A DNA stretch of 64,000 bases from Camelus ferus (taxonomy: Eukaryota): NCBI RefSeq assembly GCF_009834535.1, contig NC_045698.1, positions 16,184,001-16,248,000 on the forward strand. The letters are read 5' to 3'. Numbering within the stretch: position 1 is the first letter of the stretch; every line of letters begins with the position of its first letter. The notes beneath the pieces are model-generated. The model had not been told where the DNA came from. It saw only the letters and a list, made by a program, of their open reading frames with translations, and made no database searches. Position numbers and translations under genes: made by a program. Of the stretch, positions 26,712 through 40,202 are shown one piece after another.

Positions 26712-28335
26712 TATTCATTTTAAATATTTCTTTAGTGGAGGAAAATGAAGAGCTAACTAGGCAATGTTATGAACAAATTCCTTAGATCCATCCTTGTCAA
26801 ATAGTAGATTCGGGAACAGACATGATGAGTAATCAAAACAATTCTAATTTTTTTTTTTTTGTATTTTATGGGAAATTCAAGATAGGACGCGACAATTTTT
26901 GATGTAGAAAGAACACTTTGTGATTTGTATATTCACTGGTTCATTTTACTTTGGCTTACATTTCAGCCAACTGAAAGCCAGTGTCTCTGAGATCTTTGCT
27001 TAAATAGGAACAGACAGACAGGCATACCTACACCCCACCTTTTTATAAAATATGCTACATTTACTGGGTTGCACTATTATTTTTTCATGTCTTAATCATG
27101 CAATCGATACAAGTGTCTCCTCCAAGATTTCCCATGTTTGCATGTCCCCAGGCGTGGACTTTTAAAGTATCCCATCCTCCTTACAACTGTGTAAAGTCTA
27201 AAAACTGATCTCAAAAGAGCCCTTCCCTGGTATTGATAAACTGTCTTGGGAGAAAGAATGCCTCGAGTCTCTGTTTCTCATAGCCACATGTGCAGGAAGT
27301 CCACAACAGGACAATAGGTAAAGAAAAGCAAAAATGGAGTTGGCATGCAGAGAATGAAGGCATCCTGTTTTTATCAGGTTTTGACTGTGTCAGCAACTCC
27401 TACAGATTTCTTGTGTTTGAGAATCTACACTTTTATTTTAGGCTTCGCTTGTCTAGAATTGGGTGTTTTTTGGGTTTTTTTGTCCATTCCAACCACAAAA
27501 GACAAATAAAGCAGACTAATATTTCCATATGGTATATAGTATTGATCATCATTGTAATGCTAGCATATCCTTAGATTAAATAAGAATGTTAAAGATGATT
27601 TGTTTGCTTTCTTTAGTCACAGTGTCATTGAATGAGAATAAAGGACTTCAAAACATACATATGACTTACAATTAATAACATGATAGCAGTTGGTTGTTTG
27701 CTTTAGAATATATTCTCCATTCTACTTCACAATTTTATTATCCAGTTTAACTGTGCAATCCTATTTTATTCGTTTAACATGATATTATTTTTCATAATTG
27801 GTGAGTAATGGCTAAACTTTTTACAGATATTTCTTGTATACCTACTACAGGTTAAGTGCTTTGCTCATATTTTATATTTAAATATTTCCCACAACTCTAG
27901 AGCATTATAACAATACATTCTAAAACTTCTCTGCTGGTAGTTAGTCTGTAAGAAGGGGCTTTTCCAACTGGCGTGTACTACAGATGCAAAACAGATCAAC
28001 TGTGCCAGGCTAACCTATAATGTCCGTCCCAGACTAACTGAGCTCAAACTCAACACACAATAGGATAACACAAGTTAACTTAGAACATACGGTTTAAGAT
28101 ATTAGAAAATATATCTAAAAGTAAATCCAAATGAACTCATTCAATATAATGATAACAGGACTCACTGTTCCAAAAAACATAATGCTTTTTCTGTTAAATC
28201 CTTGGCAAGATAATTCTATGATTCATTCCATGTCCCCAGTCAAAAAATGCTCTACGCTATCCATCTCTTTTTTTTGAAAAATACAATGTTTTTCAAATAT
28301 GTAGTCTTGCTTGATGCAGCAAGTAATAAACTCAA

Positions 28336-28595
28336 CTTTCTTTCTTTCTTTTCTTTTCTTTTTCTTTAGGGCGGTCGTTCTTGGGTGGAGGGAGGGATTG
28401 CGGGCGGAGGGATGGAGGACGGGGGAGCGGATTACTTCGGATTCTTGCCTTTAAGTTTCCTTCTGCTTTCTTTCTTCGTTTTTATTTCTTATTTCTTCTG
28501 GTGGTTCTTTCTTTCTTTCTTCTTCTTTTTCTTTCCTTTCCTTTCTTTCCCTTCTTCCTTCCTTTCTCTCTCTCTTTCTTTTCTTCATTCATTCC
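28336..28595. repeat. CT-rich low-complexity tracts flanking a G-rich core
   Basis: (TTTC)n-like runs at 28336-28367 and about 28455-28590. Confidence 0.85.
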
Positions 28596-28724
28596 TGAAG
28601 GTCTTTGCCTGAGGAGCACTGACAATGACTAATATCCACATTGCACAGTAAAAAGACAGCAAATCTGAAAGAAGACATGGTGTTTATACAAAAGCCTATT
28701 ATGTCAGCTCTTTAAGGAGCAACA

Positions 28725-28805
28725 CTAACCTAGTCCATCCTTTCAATTTACAGATGAGGCAACTGACGAAGGGGAAGGATAAATGAAGTGGTCAAAGTCC
28801 AGTTT
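28725..28805 (-). mobile_element. MIR fragment
   Basis: tttacagatgaggcaactga core. Confidence 0.6.
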
Positions 28806-29079
28806 TGATTCCCCTTAAAATTTAAGTGATAAATATTGTCTCCTATTCTTTTAATTTCTATTTATTATAACACAAAATGCTATTGCCACAATACAAATAT
28901 CAAAACTATCACCAATTTGTAATTGAAGGAACTATAGTTTCGTTAGAGTAAAATTAATCTAAATTCATCTAAAATATTTTAACTTTTAATTACTCTCATT
29001 TCTCACTTCCAGAACAGAAGAGGCTATTACACTCTATACCTCCATTCTTATCCGAGATTAGCTAACTCTAACTAGTTTT

Positions 29080-29225
29080 TGTATGGTCTTTGGGCTGCCT
29101 TTGGATTTGAAATGCAGCATCAACTCCCCTCTGAGTATCCCACTTGCTGGCTACCCTACAGATTTGGAGTTGTCAGCTCCACAATCACATGATCTAAGTC
29201 CTTAGAATAAATACTCCCCTCCCGT

Positions 29226-29259
<34 letters not shown>

Positions 29260-29292
29260 GTTCTGTTTCTCTAGAGAACTCTGACTAATACA
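29080..29292 (+). mobile_element. MLT2 LTR 3' portion with (CA)n
   Basis: ccctacagatttggagttgtcagctccacaatcacatga...ggttctgtttctctagagaactctgactaataca. Confidence 0.85.
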
Positions 29293-29299
29293 GGGTATA

Positions 29300-29700
29300 C
29301 AATTAATTCTAGAGCCACATAAAACAAACAGGTAACCGCATCACTATCTAACACAATTACAAGCAGTGATGGATGGAATTGTAAGAAGGAAAGCAGGTGT
29401 AAAGCAGTGATGTGTGATATAATATGTAGGGGTGCTGCTTCAGAAAGGATGACTAGAGAAAGTCAATTTAAAGAAGTGATATTTCACTAGAGACCTGAAA
29501 TAAAAAATGGACTTAACCATGGGAAGTTTTGAGGGATCAGTTCTGGTGTAGGGAACTTCAAGCACAAAGTCCCTGAGAACATGTGTGCACTTGAGCAACA
29601 GCAAGAAGGCCACAGTGATTTGATAAGACAGGAGGTGTATAAAGACAAGAGGGAATAAATTCAGAGACGAAAGCTGCATAGGGAGCTATTAATAGTATAT
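29300..29700 (-). mobile_element. L2 fragment
   Basis: gaagtgatatttcactagagacctgaa...agcacaaagtccctgag...gagcaacagcaagaaggcca. Confidence 0.75.
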
Positions 29701-31404
29701 TCCATCAAGCAAGTATAGTGGCCTCTGGCAACAGTGCATGGAGAAGGTTGAATTAGAAATTAGCTCTAGCTCCACGGTGCTGGGCAAGAAGCTAGTGCTG
29801 GGATCTCTAAAATTTACCCCATTAGGAAAAATCCACCCAAAAGAACAAGTGTTCTGAAAAGCAGAGTGCACTGTCAGAAGCCAGAGTCAAGGCTTGGATT
29901 CACTTGAAAACAACCAAATCAGGGAAGCGATGTGATGCATAACAAAAGCCGTGGACTCTGATTTCATGCAAGAGTAAAAGAATCAACTCTAGGAATGAGT
30001 AGAAGGAGAAGTCCTACTGAAAAGGAAAAATGAAGTTGATTTCTGCTTGTATCTCTCAAATCTTAGGTCTTTTAGTAAATCAGTTATACATATTTCTATG
30101 ACAACCTGAATTTAAACTTAGCCAAGAGGGAGACACATATGTGAGAGCAAAATGCCATATAAGGTGGGCCGAATCATGCCTGATTAATGTGTAGGATCCA
30201 CAGCCCTCTATACATGTACAAAGTTTAAGTCCTGACATTTTTTATACCTCAGTCTAAAGGACTTCAGTAGCACTGAGAATGCTGTTTGATGACTGAAAAA
30301 ACATTAGTACCTGGAGAAAAGCTTAATGACATTTAATGATGCTTGTTTTTAATAATGTTCTGGATTCAAAAGGGAAATTCAGGTTCAAAAATCTGTATGT
30401 AATAAAAATATTAAATACTAATTAAAACTAATTACATTGCCCATTAATTGTATATCACATATGTAAACATACTATAGATAATATAAGTATATATCTCTAT
30501 ATATTTCCCCCTCATGGGTAATTATTACTTCAATGAATTAAACTGAAAAAGCATAGGTTATTCTCAAGGTAAACTGAAATCCTTATTTGGTTGTCCTTGG
30601 ATGGATCAGACTTGACAGCAGGAGGTATATTATAACCTTAAGATTTATCATTGTTACATAGAAGTTACAGGTTAAAGGATCCCACAATCAAAACTAGATC
30701 TGTGTCATTTCTGAAATCAATATACCACTGACACAAAATCACAGTCCATAGCATTACCTTGGGGTCATGGTGGTTCACAAAAATCTCTTTTCAGGAGTAG
30801 GGAGGATGCTTGAGTCCGCCCTGCTGTTAAGCCTGACTGAAAATTATATTTCAACCCATCTCACACATTCATTCTGTTCATTTTCACTGAATTCAGAGAA
30901 TTAGAATACTGAAATAATTCAAAGAGTAATTTTGGACTAAAACCAATATATTGGGCAACACAGAACAGTGAGTAATAACAACACTGGAGGTAAATAGTGC
31001 ATTTTCTTCCTTTCATTGAGATTGGTACACACTGAATAAGTTGGCTTCATGAGATGTGTGCAAAGGTTGGAAAGAAAGAGAAGACAAGATGAAATATAAG
31101 TAGCATATTCTTCATGTGCTCTAAGGTGCACATATACCTGTTTATTATATAGTCCTATCCTGTCTTCATAATTACCCTGAGTATTTATTATCTCTAGGTA
31201 AGCTAAGGAAGCTCATGGACATTCAGCCAAGAAGTAGAACGGCTAGAATATTTATCCAGCTCTCGGACTAGTTAAAATCAAATAAACAGCAAGCCAACAA
31301 AACCACTACAAATAACTAAATATGATGATAATAAAGTGCTGGGTATTCCACCACTTCACAGTTTATATCATTTGATCATTTTTATTGTTTAATAGTTAAT
31401 TCCA

Positions 31405-31790
31405 CAAAATCAGTGATCAGTGCTTACTGAAGAAACACTGGGGACACAGGAATAAGGGATCCATGTCTATTCTGCAAGGAGCTCACAGCCCTTGCACAAG
31501 TGCGTGTGTGCTCATGTGTGTGGAGTTGGGGGAGGCTGGGGCTGGGCACTTACAGCACAATGTGCTATTGCTTATGATGATCGCTTACACGGAGCTTACA
31601 CGGAGCTCCAAAGCACCCGAGGACACATTTCTAACCACATTCTGAGATGGGGAAGCATTTTCAGAGAGAATATTGTAAATTTAGTTAGAGGAACAGGATT
31701 TTTCCAGGAAAAAAAAAAATAAGCATGATACAAGGGTTGTGAGAAAATTTCAGAGTTGTGAAAAAGAAAGGCATTTAAAATCAGAAAAAT
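31405..31790 (-). mobile_element. L2 fragment (3' region)
   Basis: agtgcttactga...ctggggacacagg...caaggagctcacagcc. Confidence 0.55.
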
Positions 31791-32329
31791 AATGTGTGAC
31801 TGGTGTGTAAAATTTGGTATATGTATTACAAATTTACTATCCAGTTTACAACTTCTTGCCAAAATAGGCCTTTTTTAATGATCAGCATTTTCATCTAAAA
31901 CACCCTAAATTGATAAGCTAAAAGATGTGATATTTTGACATTATAGTTTCAGGCAAAGACACAACCACCAATTAGGATAAGAGTTCCTGGTTAGAAACAT
32001 CACATGGTACACATGTGAATGAGACACCACCCTGTTCGGATACTCTTAAAGTTTGACTTAACATACATACAACAAGTGACGTTTTCAGAGCTGGTATTTT
32101 CCATGCAAAACTTAGTCTCTTGTGTACATGCATGATCTCCATTATTCCGAGGATTCTAGCCTTTAGCTTTTGTGTTGTCTTAAAGGTGTCTGGTGTGATA
32201 ACTTTGTGCTTAGGTGTAGTTTAAGTGCTAGACATCCTTGAGCTACCCCACAGTCCAGAAAAAGGAAACTGATGAAGAAAGAATGCCGAAAGAGGAAAAC
32301 ATTTGTAAAGAATGATTCTCACCTCCTTC

Positions 32330-33020
32330 TTCTTCAAGTTACTACCAATCTAATCTTCTCTTATTCCTATAGTGAGTGATATAAACGATTGATGCATTAC
32401 ATTTAATGCATCATCCATATTTATTTATTCGTAAATGGGTGTCCAGTACTATATAAACTTCTTTTTTTTTTTTTTCGCTCAATGTATATATTTTTCTATA
32501 AAGATTGTTCTGGTGATTTGGTTAGAAAAGACAGATAATATTTCTCATTAGAATTACTGAAATGTTCCTTTATGTAATTGTTTCTTGTTTAGAGTGAGAC
32601 TTTTATGGAGTGACATTATTATTAAAGGATAGGCATGTACACTATAAAGCATTACTTTATCTAAATTATTTGAATCATCACATTAAATTTCCAGCAGCTA
32701 AGAATAAACATCTTTCACTTGCTTATTGACTACGGGTGCTTTTTCTATGAATATGTCTTTATGTAATTTACCCTGGTAGTAGAGGTTCAGGGCCTTTTTT
32801 TCATATTTTTTTCACATTTTGAAAAAAATTCTCGGGTATAAGGAAAAATCATTCATTCTATAGAAGTTGCAAATTTATTTTTCTCAACTGGTTATATTTC
32901 CTTTAAATATATTTGTTTATTTTGAACAAGAAATTAAGTATATTCCTTTATGAGTATAACTATATGTTTAGAAAAAATTTTACAACTCCAAAATTGTGAA
33001 AACATTTATGTATGTTTTCA
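32330..33020 (-). mobile_element. Ancient L1 (L1ME-like) fragment
   Basis: ttcacttgcttattgactac...tatagaagttgcaaatttattttctcaactgg. Confidence 0.5.
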
Positions 33021-33586
33021 CTCGGTTTGCTGCTGCTGTAGAGATTCATGTCATTGAGGTCTTTCCGCCTTGCGGCCCTGCTGCTGTCTCAGTGCTCCCA
33101 CTAGTCAACTTAGACAGGAAAAGTCGCTGGTAGAGTTCACAGACTGGAGGCCCTGTCATGGGTACCTGTTCTTCACAGCAAGATAGAAGAGAAAGAGAGA
33201 GAGAGGAAGAAAGAATTTACATTTGATATAAGCAGACAAATTTCTATAAGAAGGTGAGGAAATGGCTGAGACAGAATCATCCATCCTTCTTCCACCTTTT
33301 GAGTCATTCTAGTCCACCCATGAATTACTCCTTCTTGTTGAGAAGAGAGGGTGGGCAAGAGGCCAGGGTCGTTGTCTTAGAGAAGTCCTCTTCCTCCGGG
33401 AGGGGGCTCAGCACTCCTCCCCCAACAAACTAATGTATAATAAAAGCTAATGAAAATAGGAAGGGGATTGAATTATATAAACATAGTGTGCTTGGCATTA
33501 ATCAAATGTAATATCTTTCAAAGTAAAAATATTCATCACTTTTAAATTTCTCTAATTTCTATTTTTATTCAAAATGATAGGCTATT

Positions 33587-34801
33587 GTTAATACATTTAT
33601 TATGGTATGATTCCTGTATAGTAAACTACACATCTTTCAAATGTATAACTTGATCAATTTTGATAGATGTATACACCAATGAAACCACTACCACAATTGA
33701 GACAGCCAACATTTCCATCACTCCCCAAGAGGGGCAATCTTCAAATTACCAATTTATCTATCTCCTCCCACCTCTCCCAACCCCTCAGTAACCACAAGTT
33801 TGTTCACCAGGTCTGTGAGTCTGCTTCTAATCTGTAGATAAGTTCGTTTGTGTCATTTTTTTCAATTCCACATGTAAGTGATATCACATAGCAATTTTCT
33901 TTCTCTTTTTGGCTTACTTCACCCAGAATGACGATCTCCAGGTCCATCCAGGTTGCTGCAAGTGGCATTATTTTATTGTTTTTTATGGTTAAGTAGTATT
34001 CCATTGTACATATATACCACATCTTCTTCACCCAGTCATCTGTCGATGGACACTTAGGTTGCTTCCATGTCTTGGCTATTGCTGCTGTGAACATTGTGGT
34101 ACATGTGTCTTTTTTAATTATATTTTTCTCCAGATATATGCCCAGGAGTGGGATTGCTGGATCATATGTTTAGTCTATTTTTAGATTTTAAGGAGCCTCT
34201 ATAATGTCCTTCATAGTGGCTGTACCAATTTACATTCCCACCAACAGTGTAGGAGCGTTCCTTTTTCTCCACACCTTCTCCAGCATTTATCGTTTGTGGA
34301 CTTTTTAATGATGGCCATTCTGACTGGTATGAGGTGATCCCTCATTGTAGTTTTGATTTGCATTTCTCTAACAATTGAGTGATGCTGAGCATCTTTTCAT
34401 GTGCTTGTTGGCCATCTGTATATCTTCTTTGGAGAGAAGTCTGTTTAGGTCTTCTGCCCATTTTTTGATTGGGTTGCCTTTTTATTTTTGATATTAAGGT
34501 GTATGAACTGTTCATATATTTTGGAAATTAGTCCCTGTCATTTACATCATTTGCAAACATTTTCTCCCATTCTGCAGATTGTCTTTTTGTTTTGTTGATG
34601 GTATCCTTAGCTGTGCAAAAGCTTTTAAGTTTAATTAGATCCTGTTTGTTTATTTTTGCTTTTATTTTCAGTTACTCCAGGAGCTACTTCAAAAGATATA
34701 TTGCTGTGATGTATGTCCAAGAGTGTTCTGCCTATGTTTTCCTCTAGGAGTTTTATAGTATTTGGTTTTAACATTCAAGTCTTTAATCCATTTTGAGTTT
34801 A
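33587..34801 (-). mobile_element. 5'-truncated camelid-type L1 with an 18-bp TSD and an L1MB-like terminal segment
   Basis: ORF 33804-34094 (-) encodes the L1 ORF2 C-terminus (AKTWKQPKCPSTDDWVKKMWYI); TSD tcaaaatgataggctatt at 33569-33586 and 34802-34819. Confidence 0.95.
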
Positions 34802-35099
34802 TCAAAATGATAGGCTATTTTTAATCAGCATGTAAAATCAATGTCTACTTCTAAATCAATTTCACAGATTGAAATTATAAATAATTTTTGAGAGATCTTA
34901 CATTTTAACAGATCTTACTGAAGTGGTTGCAATGTCATGTTTCCCAAAGTGAACAAAAATTCAACAACTAAAGTACTTAACAGTACCTACCTAAATCTTT
35001 TTTTTTTCTTATAATTTTCTTACTTAACAGTATGTGTTTCAACTGTTGAGTGGCCACTAAACTCCAATTTTACACTTAGAATAACATCAATAACAACAA

Positions 35100-35192
35100 A
35101 TATATATATAATATATACATATTATATATATATAATATATACATATATACAATATGTATATAATATATACATATTATATATAATATATATAT
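35100..35192. repeat. (TA)n-rich compound microsatellite
   Basis: Directly visible tatatatataatatatacatat repeats. Confidence 0.95.
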
Positions 35193-38100
35193 CTCCAATC
35201 CAAAGACAGGATGCTAGTCTAGAATTTCTCTTCATTAAATTAATATAGCACACTTATCATGGTTTATAAAAGAACTATTTTGCATTTTGGGGCTTTGTCT
35301 TGTATTTTCAGTTTTCAATAACTTGCATGCACTTATTCCTGAAAGAAGTTTATAAAATTAAATTACTGTCTACCTTGGGATCTAAATGCTTCTGTTTTTT
35401 TTAGCAGCAGCACCTTGATGTTTATCAAAGCCTCCTAGCTGAGAAGCAGTGAGCAAAAGGCACAGAAATGGCTGTCTCCAAATTATTTATATTTAAAAAT
35501 ATTTTGGACATATGGGAAAAAATATTTTCACTGTAAACACATACATTGCACAAGGGACATACTCTATGCATGACAAAAAGTTGAAGATTTAGGTCATGTA
35601 CCTAGTTATATAGACTAAAAGAAAAATTTAATTACTTTTTAATTCTGAATCACTCATTTGATCAGAGAACTTGATTACATTAAAAACATTACCAAAACTA
35701 AGACAATAATTAACCCTATCATTGAAGACACATACTACTTTTCCATCTTTATATCCTCAGTACCTCACACACAATTTGGATCCTAGTACATTTTACATTT
35801 TTGTATTTATATAGCCAAAATGTATCTTCTCTGTAACAAAGTAAAATTTGCTTATAGACAAATTATAATGTTGGCTTTTGGTTTTTAAAATGTATGATCT
35901 ATGGATAAATATGGAGGTGTAATTTTTATAAAAGTGGTTCTCCATATAATTTTGGTAGAAATACTTGCTTTCAGAGATTGTAAACAGTAAATTTAGCAAC
36001 AATAGGGACAGCTCACTGCCAGCTTAAACACAATCACTACTGACAAAATAAGATTTGGGGGCAAAGCAAACACTATGTAATCTTATTCATTCCTATAAAT
36101 CCTCTCTCTTCACTCTAAGTGTGACACATTGATGAAAAGAGTGAATATTTGGATGAACTGTGCATGATAAAGATCACTCAGCTGATTATTCCAAATACTC
36201 AAGTTGTTACATTTTAAAATATATTTTGAATCCTCCATAAATATAAAGTGTGGGTTCCAATTTTGTATGAGGTTATGCAAAATGCTATACTCAGAAAGGG
36301 AAAAAAATGAAGTTTGACTTTTCTAAGCAAAGCTTTACTGCTCAAAACTGGCAAGAAGATTGGTCATATTCAATCTCATTAATCATTCCAAAGACTAAAT
36401 ATTTTTGCATGGCCCAAAATCAATACAAATCTTTTGGTGCAGCAACAGGAATTGAAACTGAAAAGTGCTTGGGGCACAGGGTAAGTGTAATTTATATAAT
36501 GAGCCTTTTGCCAATTTCTTCTTTTCTTCCTCCTTCTGGTCTATTTCTTTTCTTTGGCTGTGCAGTTACTAAGCTGACATTCCTCAATCTCCTCCCACCA
36601 AAGGCTTCTTCATTTTTCATTTCTTCCCTTCTACCAACCTATTTTCCTTCACTTTAGCTCCAACTTATGATTAAAAAGCTTTGTCAGCTGTTATTCTTAG
36701 CAGCAATGTGCAGCTTTCCTTTGGAAATAAGTGCATGCAATCGTCTCCTGATTTACTCTGTACTCTTTAGTCCAGAGTAATTGAGCCTAAAATTTCCCCT
36801 GCTTCTTGGGCCAGAATGCACTTCCAGGGAGAGAATGGTGAGATAAGAGTGATTCAGGCTTCTAGGAACACTCTTAAATGGTAGGCACGGGATTGGAGAA
36901 AATGATGAAGATAACGTTTTGGATAGAGTATGTCCAAACAGCAATGGGTTCCTTTGAAATTAGAGATTCTTACATATGATCTAGGTTACATATTCATTGG
37001 CAGTTCAAAACTTGATATTTGACATCTTCTTACAAAACATAAAATTCTGGAATCTTTGTGTGCTTATTTCTTATATGTTCTTTATTGGAAAACTTATGTG
37101 GGAATTTTGGATTGGATTTGGTTGAGAAACACGTATGGATCATGTGTTAGAGGGCACACTTTAAATTTTTGCAATGAAACAAACAAAGCTTGATCACAGA
37201 GTGTGAATTCACATAAAGGAACTTCCAGTTACTTCTTCTGTGTACCTACCTCCGAAAATATCCACTTACATTAAAAATGTACTGTGTATCTGAATCTTTT
37301 CATTTGCTAAGTATGATATAAAATCAGATGAAGGTGGATTAAGATGCCATTTTTCTATGCTTTAAAAAGTAATGAAAAGCTTTGGCTATTGTACCATACA
37401 ATGCAAACATTAAATTTGAGAATTTTAATGCCATATGAAAACGACTAGATTTTACTTTGGGGACCAAAGTTCAAAATCAAACCTACAGTTTAGAACTTTT
37501 AAGCATTGAAACATATTCATAAATACACATCTGACACTTTAAATGTTATACCATGAGTAATGTTCATAACATAGCATGGAAAATTCATCTCTTTGTATAA
37601 ATATATGAGAGACACTATCATGGTGAATTCTGTCCTTAAGTAAAGGCCAAGCTGTAAATAACTAGAGATTAATAGAAACGAGTTCAGCTCGGTTCCCTCA
37701 GACCTTTGCTGTGTTCCATGACTCACTCTTGGCTTTATTAACCCATGTAGAAAACTGGGTTAGGACAGGCCTTGTTAAAATCAGATGATTCGCTGAAAAT
37801 AGGTTTTCCCAGATAGAGGAATTTAAAACCATGATATTAATAAAAGTGTTCTATAGTTAAAGAATTGCCAACTCACAACTAGAAATAAAGGCAGATGATT
37901 TGGTTCTGGAAATTACTTGGGAAGACAAAGTATAATATGAAAATAACATACATTATTGTTTCTGTAGCTAATATTATTAGTTTAATATTAGAAATTTACA
38001 CAGATAGGCCCAATTTGCTCAAAGAACAAAGGGAAAGAAAGCAGCGGCCACGGTGATGAGCCCTGGTCCAAATAAGACACTTTCAAATAATAAATGTGCC

Positions 38101-39669
38101 TGTGAGATAATGTGGAGCAAAGGATTTTTTCAGGACCTTGGTTTGACGGGTTGGGTCTCAAAGTCTCGTCTGAATAAGCAAAATGTGTGCCCACGATGAC
38201 AGCCATGCCATCGTATTATTTTAGAGTATTACCCCTCCTGCTTTTGTTCATCAGAATAAGGGAAGTTCTCTATGGGTAAATCACTCCAAAGGTTTTTAAA
38301 ATCACAAATATATATTTATAGGACATTCACTGCAAGATTTTCTCCTGATTTATGTGTGGTTGGGGGGGTAACCACTCAATTATTTTTTTCCTATAGTTTT
38401 ATTAAGAATTCAATGTTTATAGTTTGTAATTCTTATTCATAGATGGCCAACATATTAATTGGTATTTAGTCTGGCTACCACTTTTTTCTACAAGGTACAT
38501 CATCTAATGTTTGTAGAAATTTCTCATTTAAAGACCAACATAGTTCTCTTTATTCATCTTCCTGTACAAGTAGTGTTACATTACCAGCAGATTTATGGCT
38601 ATGATTTAACTATATCTTACCTGTATCTGAATATAGTCTAGTGATTTTCTTGATTCATCAAGGATCTGTACTGACTCCAAGACTTGTATTTCCAGTTTCT
38701 TACTATATGTTGTCATTTTAAATTCATATTTATTTATACTTTCTCTTTCCTCTTAATATTCTCCACCTTGTATGTTCCCTTCCCTGGACAAGGACCCAGG
38801 GTCCTCTCTACGCAGCTACTTTCCTCTTTTGCTCACCAACCCACCCACATTAAATCAATCACCACTTAAGTGCTGCTAATTTTTCCTTCCTAAATATCCC
38901 TCAGATTCCTACTAAAACAGTTCTAATAAAGATTATCATCACATCTTACCTGGATGTAAAACTCACCATCTACCCTTGCATCCTACTTCAAACCAGTCTA
39001 CTCTCCTTACTGGACCCAGTATGATTCAGTTCCAGATAACCTCTATTAGTGTATTGTTCTGCTGTCTTAAAAAACAGGTTTTCAGTCCCAGAGGCACTGG
39101 CAGGCAACATCACCTCATTAAAACTGCTATGTATTGTTTCAGTGTATACATTTAGGTTACACCTTCTACGTATAGTAAGGGATATGAAGTTTACACTCAC
39201 AAGTTGAGCACATTCTTGATTCTAAGCTAGACTAGTTCTGTTAAAATTTCATTCCATGAAATCTGTTATTTTCTACTACTTCTGGTATTGTCTGCCAAAT
39301 ATTTTCCTGACATTTGGATTAACAGAATTTCTGAGACAACAGTTCTTAGCAGATAATTACTATCTCTTAATGTCTATTTCTCATGACAAGTGTGTAAAGG
39401 TTGCTAATAGCAGGACTTTAAGCTTAGAGGAATCTTAAGTTAAAACTATACAAGACAGGCATTAATATTTTTTGGAAAAGCTTTGAGAGAATGAGTAGTC
39501 TTATTATATCACAATTGCTTGACAAGCATCATCCATAAGAAAACAGTAATAACACTGGAATAAAATTTTATTATCATTGTCATTAAGATTTCCTTTATCA
39601 CTCTCTTTATTTTCGAAGGATGTTGAAGAATTTATTCAACATTTGTGCAGCCACTCTGCTTTCTTAATG

Positions 39670-39891
39670 CAGAGCTTGGCAAACTTTTTCTGTAAAGCGC
39701 TAGGTAGCAAATGCTTTTGCCTTTGCCGGCCATTGAAGTCACTATTTGCAAAGACTCCACTCTGGTTATATTGCAAAAACAGCCATTGACAATACATAAG
39801 CAAGTGGTGTGGTTGTGTTCCATTAAAACTTTATTTACAAGAGCAGTCAGTAGTCCAAATTTAGCCACAAGCCACAGTTTGCAAACCTCTG
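39670..39891 (+). mobile_element. MER58A-like hAT-Charlie MITE
   Basis: Termini cagagcttggcaaact...agtttgcaaacctctg (imperfect TIRs); internal gtgttccattaaaactttatttacaa. Confidence 0.85.
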
Positions 39892-40202
39892 CTCAAAGGG
39901 AACTCTATGACTGTTCTAACAGTGTTGGGCAGCTATGAGGCTAATGCCTATTGCCACAGAGCACCAAGTTAGCAGGGCAGGTAAGAATGAACATCCCTAA
40001 TTATAATAGCCGCAAGGATCAAACGCATTCCCTTATCAGGTATAAGTAATATCATGCAGTTCAGAAGAAATTAAGAAAAAAATTCAGAAATAAAACATGG
40101 AATGGTCCTTAAAGACTGAATCATTATTAAGGGTCATTTCATTTCAGACTTGATAGGACCAGGAAGGCTGCCATTTTCAAATATGCAAATTCATACACAC
40201 AC

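Noticed and set aside
28381..28632. Phe/Leu/Ser-rich ORFs resembling transmembrane peptides
   Set aside because: They are translations of CT-rich low-complexity sequence.
33804..34094. 96-aa minus-strand ORF
   Set aside because: It is an L1 ORF2 tail running into the 3' UTR of a truncated copy.
36307..36657. Longest ORF in the track (116 aa)
   Set aside because: It has no recognisable domain and its composition reflects AT/pyrimidine-rich DNA; this length is plausible by chance.
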